Source: Chiloscyllium plagiosum
Taxonomy: Eukaryota
DNA: 64,000 nucleotides
NCBI RefSeq assembly: GCF_004010195.1
Contig: NC_057718.1
Location: forward strand, 20,231,547 to 20,295,546
Reading direction: 5' to 3'
The translations under genes and the position numbers were made by a program. Of the stretch, positions 62,610 through 64,000 are shown in pieces (the stretch's first letter is position 1; each line of letters begins with the position of its first letter). The notes below the pieces were generated by a model. The model was given only the letters and a program-made list of their open reading frames with translations, had not been told where the DNA came from and did not search any database.

Positions 62610-63015
62610 TTTTGCTGGAAATTTCCAGTTAAAACAGTTCTGTGAAGTACAGTCTCAGGCAGTACGACTCCAGCACTTTTTCTAAGTTTTCCACAAGCAA
62701 AATAAAACTTTGGAAGAAACAGTTAGCTGGAATGATAAGAATAGTCCAAATTCATGACTGCGCTTTCAGAATCTGCATATCTGACAGAACCTGTGTGTTT
62801 GTGTGAGGATTCAGGCTCCTCCCGGAGGGGACTTTTAAAACACACCCACCCTATTCTCTGATAAACCTGCCCGATGACTTTTGGAAACAGCAAAAGCAGG
62901 AAGGAAGGCAGAGGGTGTTACTGCTTCAGTTCACCTACACAACAGAGAGAGAGAGAGAGAGACAGTACTGTGCTACCACTGTGGTGAACTCCTGAGACAG
63001 TCACTGCAGGTAAGA
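62610..63015 (+). promoter_or_regulatory. Candidate promoter and non-coding first exon ending at 63009
   Basis: kB-like GGAAATTTCC (62617-62626) and GGGGACTTTT (62827-62836), CACCC boxes, TGATAA (62859-62864), CAGGAAG (62897-62903), (GA)n, TGTGGT (62980-62985), and donor CAG|GTAAGA. No recognisable TE in the block. Confidence 0.5.
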
Positions 63016-63589
63016 GACTGACTTGTGCCTGCTAAAATATTGTGTTTGAGCCAATGGTAATTCCACATCATAAGGGAAAACTGTGATATGTGACAGGTAA
63101 AATATTTGTTATATAATATCAGTTTTTATCCTCATTTGCTATAGTGTAGTCTTGGATGGGTTCTCTAGCATCAGACTTCCTATGTGAATTACTGAATAAC
63201 TTGGCAACCAAGCCAGTCTTCATTCCTTTGTCAAGGCAAAGGTGATGGTTTAATATCCGAAAGCACACATTGACCTGTATGTTTTTGTGTCTGAATGGCA
63301 ACCAACTATTTGTTAGTAATTTGGATAGAAAGGGGAAAAAAGTGTGTTTGACATCACAATTGGCACTTTGAACCCAAATGGCAATAGTAAATTTTGTGAA
63401 GTAGGAATGATTTTGCATTTCATGCTACATATATGCTAGTGTGTAGAATTGTAATCAATTTGAAAGAAGAAAAAAATTGTAAAATTGACAAGTGCAAAGT
63501 TCATAATATTTTGAAGAAAGGCATTTTAAAGCTTTTTATATCTGTATTATAGCTCTGAGATTAAAATATAACTATGAACAAGTACAGTC

Positions 63590-64000
63590 TGCAATAAAAA
63601 CATAAAGTACTGGAAGAACTCAGCAGATCTGCCAGCATCTGTGTAGAGAGTAACAGAGTTAACATCTCTGATATTACTCCCTTCTTCTTCAAGTCATATT
63701 TGTTCTCCATTATAATGGAAAATGAAGAAATGGCAGAGGCATTGAACAGATATTTCACAGAATCACAAATGTGTTCTGACGGAGAAGAAGACCATTCAAC
63801 CCATCGTGACTTCACCAGCTCATTAAGTTAGTGAATTTTGTGTCTGCCCTCATGGTAGAAATTAAGGGGCAATGGGGGAGATGGACTTAAAACAATCACC
63901 ACCACCAGGAAAAAGAAGCTGGAAAAACTGTTGGATGTAAAGGCTAACAAATCCCCATGATCAGATGGCCTGCATCCTAGGGTTTTATGGAAATGCTAGC
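63590..64000. mobile_element. Old family-C pLTR (minus, ~63590-63670) and CR1 ORF2 fragments (plus, ~63710-64000)
   Basis: GCAGATCTGCCAGCATCTG...CAGAGTTAAC, then MENEEMAEALNRYF and KSP*SDGLHPRVL. Confidence 0.7.

Overview
Eukaryotic, repeat-saturated vertebrate DNA. The repeat set (HE1/V-SINE-type SINEs, HER1/CR1 LINEs, Rex1/Babar, RTE, L2, Penelope-like elements) points to a shark or other elasmobranch genome. I see no intact host protein-coding gene, and nearly all ORFs in the track are decayed retroelement fragments or chance ORFs. There are two assembly gaps (27010-27995, 50236-50524). Two signals stand out. (1) Penelope-like element (PLE) pseudo-LTRs from at least three sequence families all keep a minimal hammerhead ribozyme core (CUGANGA-A-stem II-GAAA followed by a 4-nt palindrome in place of helix III). 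Many are inserted as fold-backs flanked by 11-18 bp target-site duplications, the largest a ~1.55 kb palindrome at 58657-60211. (2) The unique DNA between repeats holds several stop- and frameshift-ridden exons that read as immunoglobulin V-set domains, two with splice sites at both ends and ~335 bp length, and one followed by a stalk/TM-like exon. This suggests a decayed cluster of non-rearranging IgSF receptor genes. An immune-type promoter and first exon candidate sits at ~62.6-63.0 kb. All family names come from motif recognition by eye, not database searches, and element boundaries are approximate.
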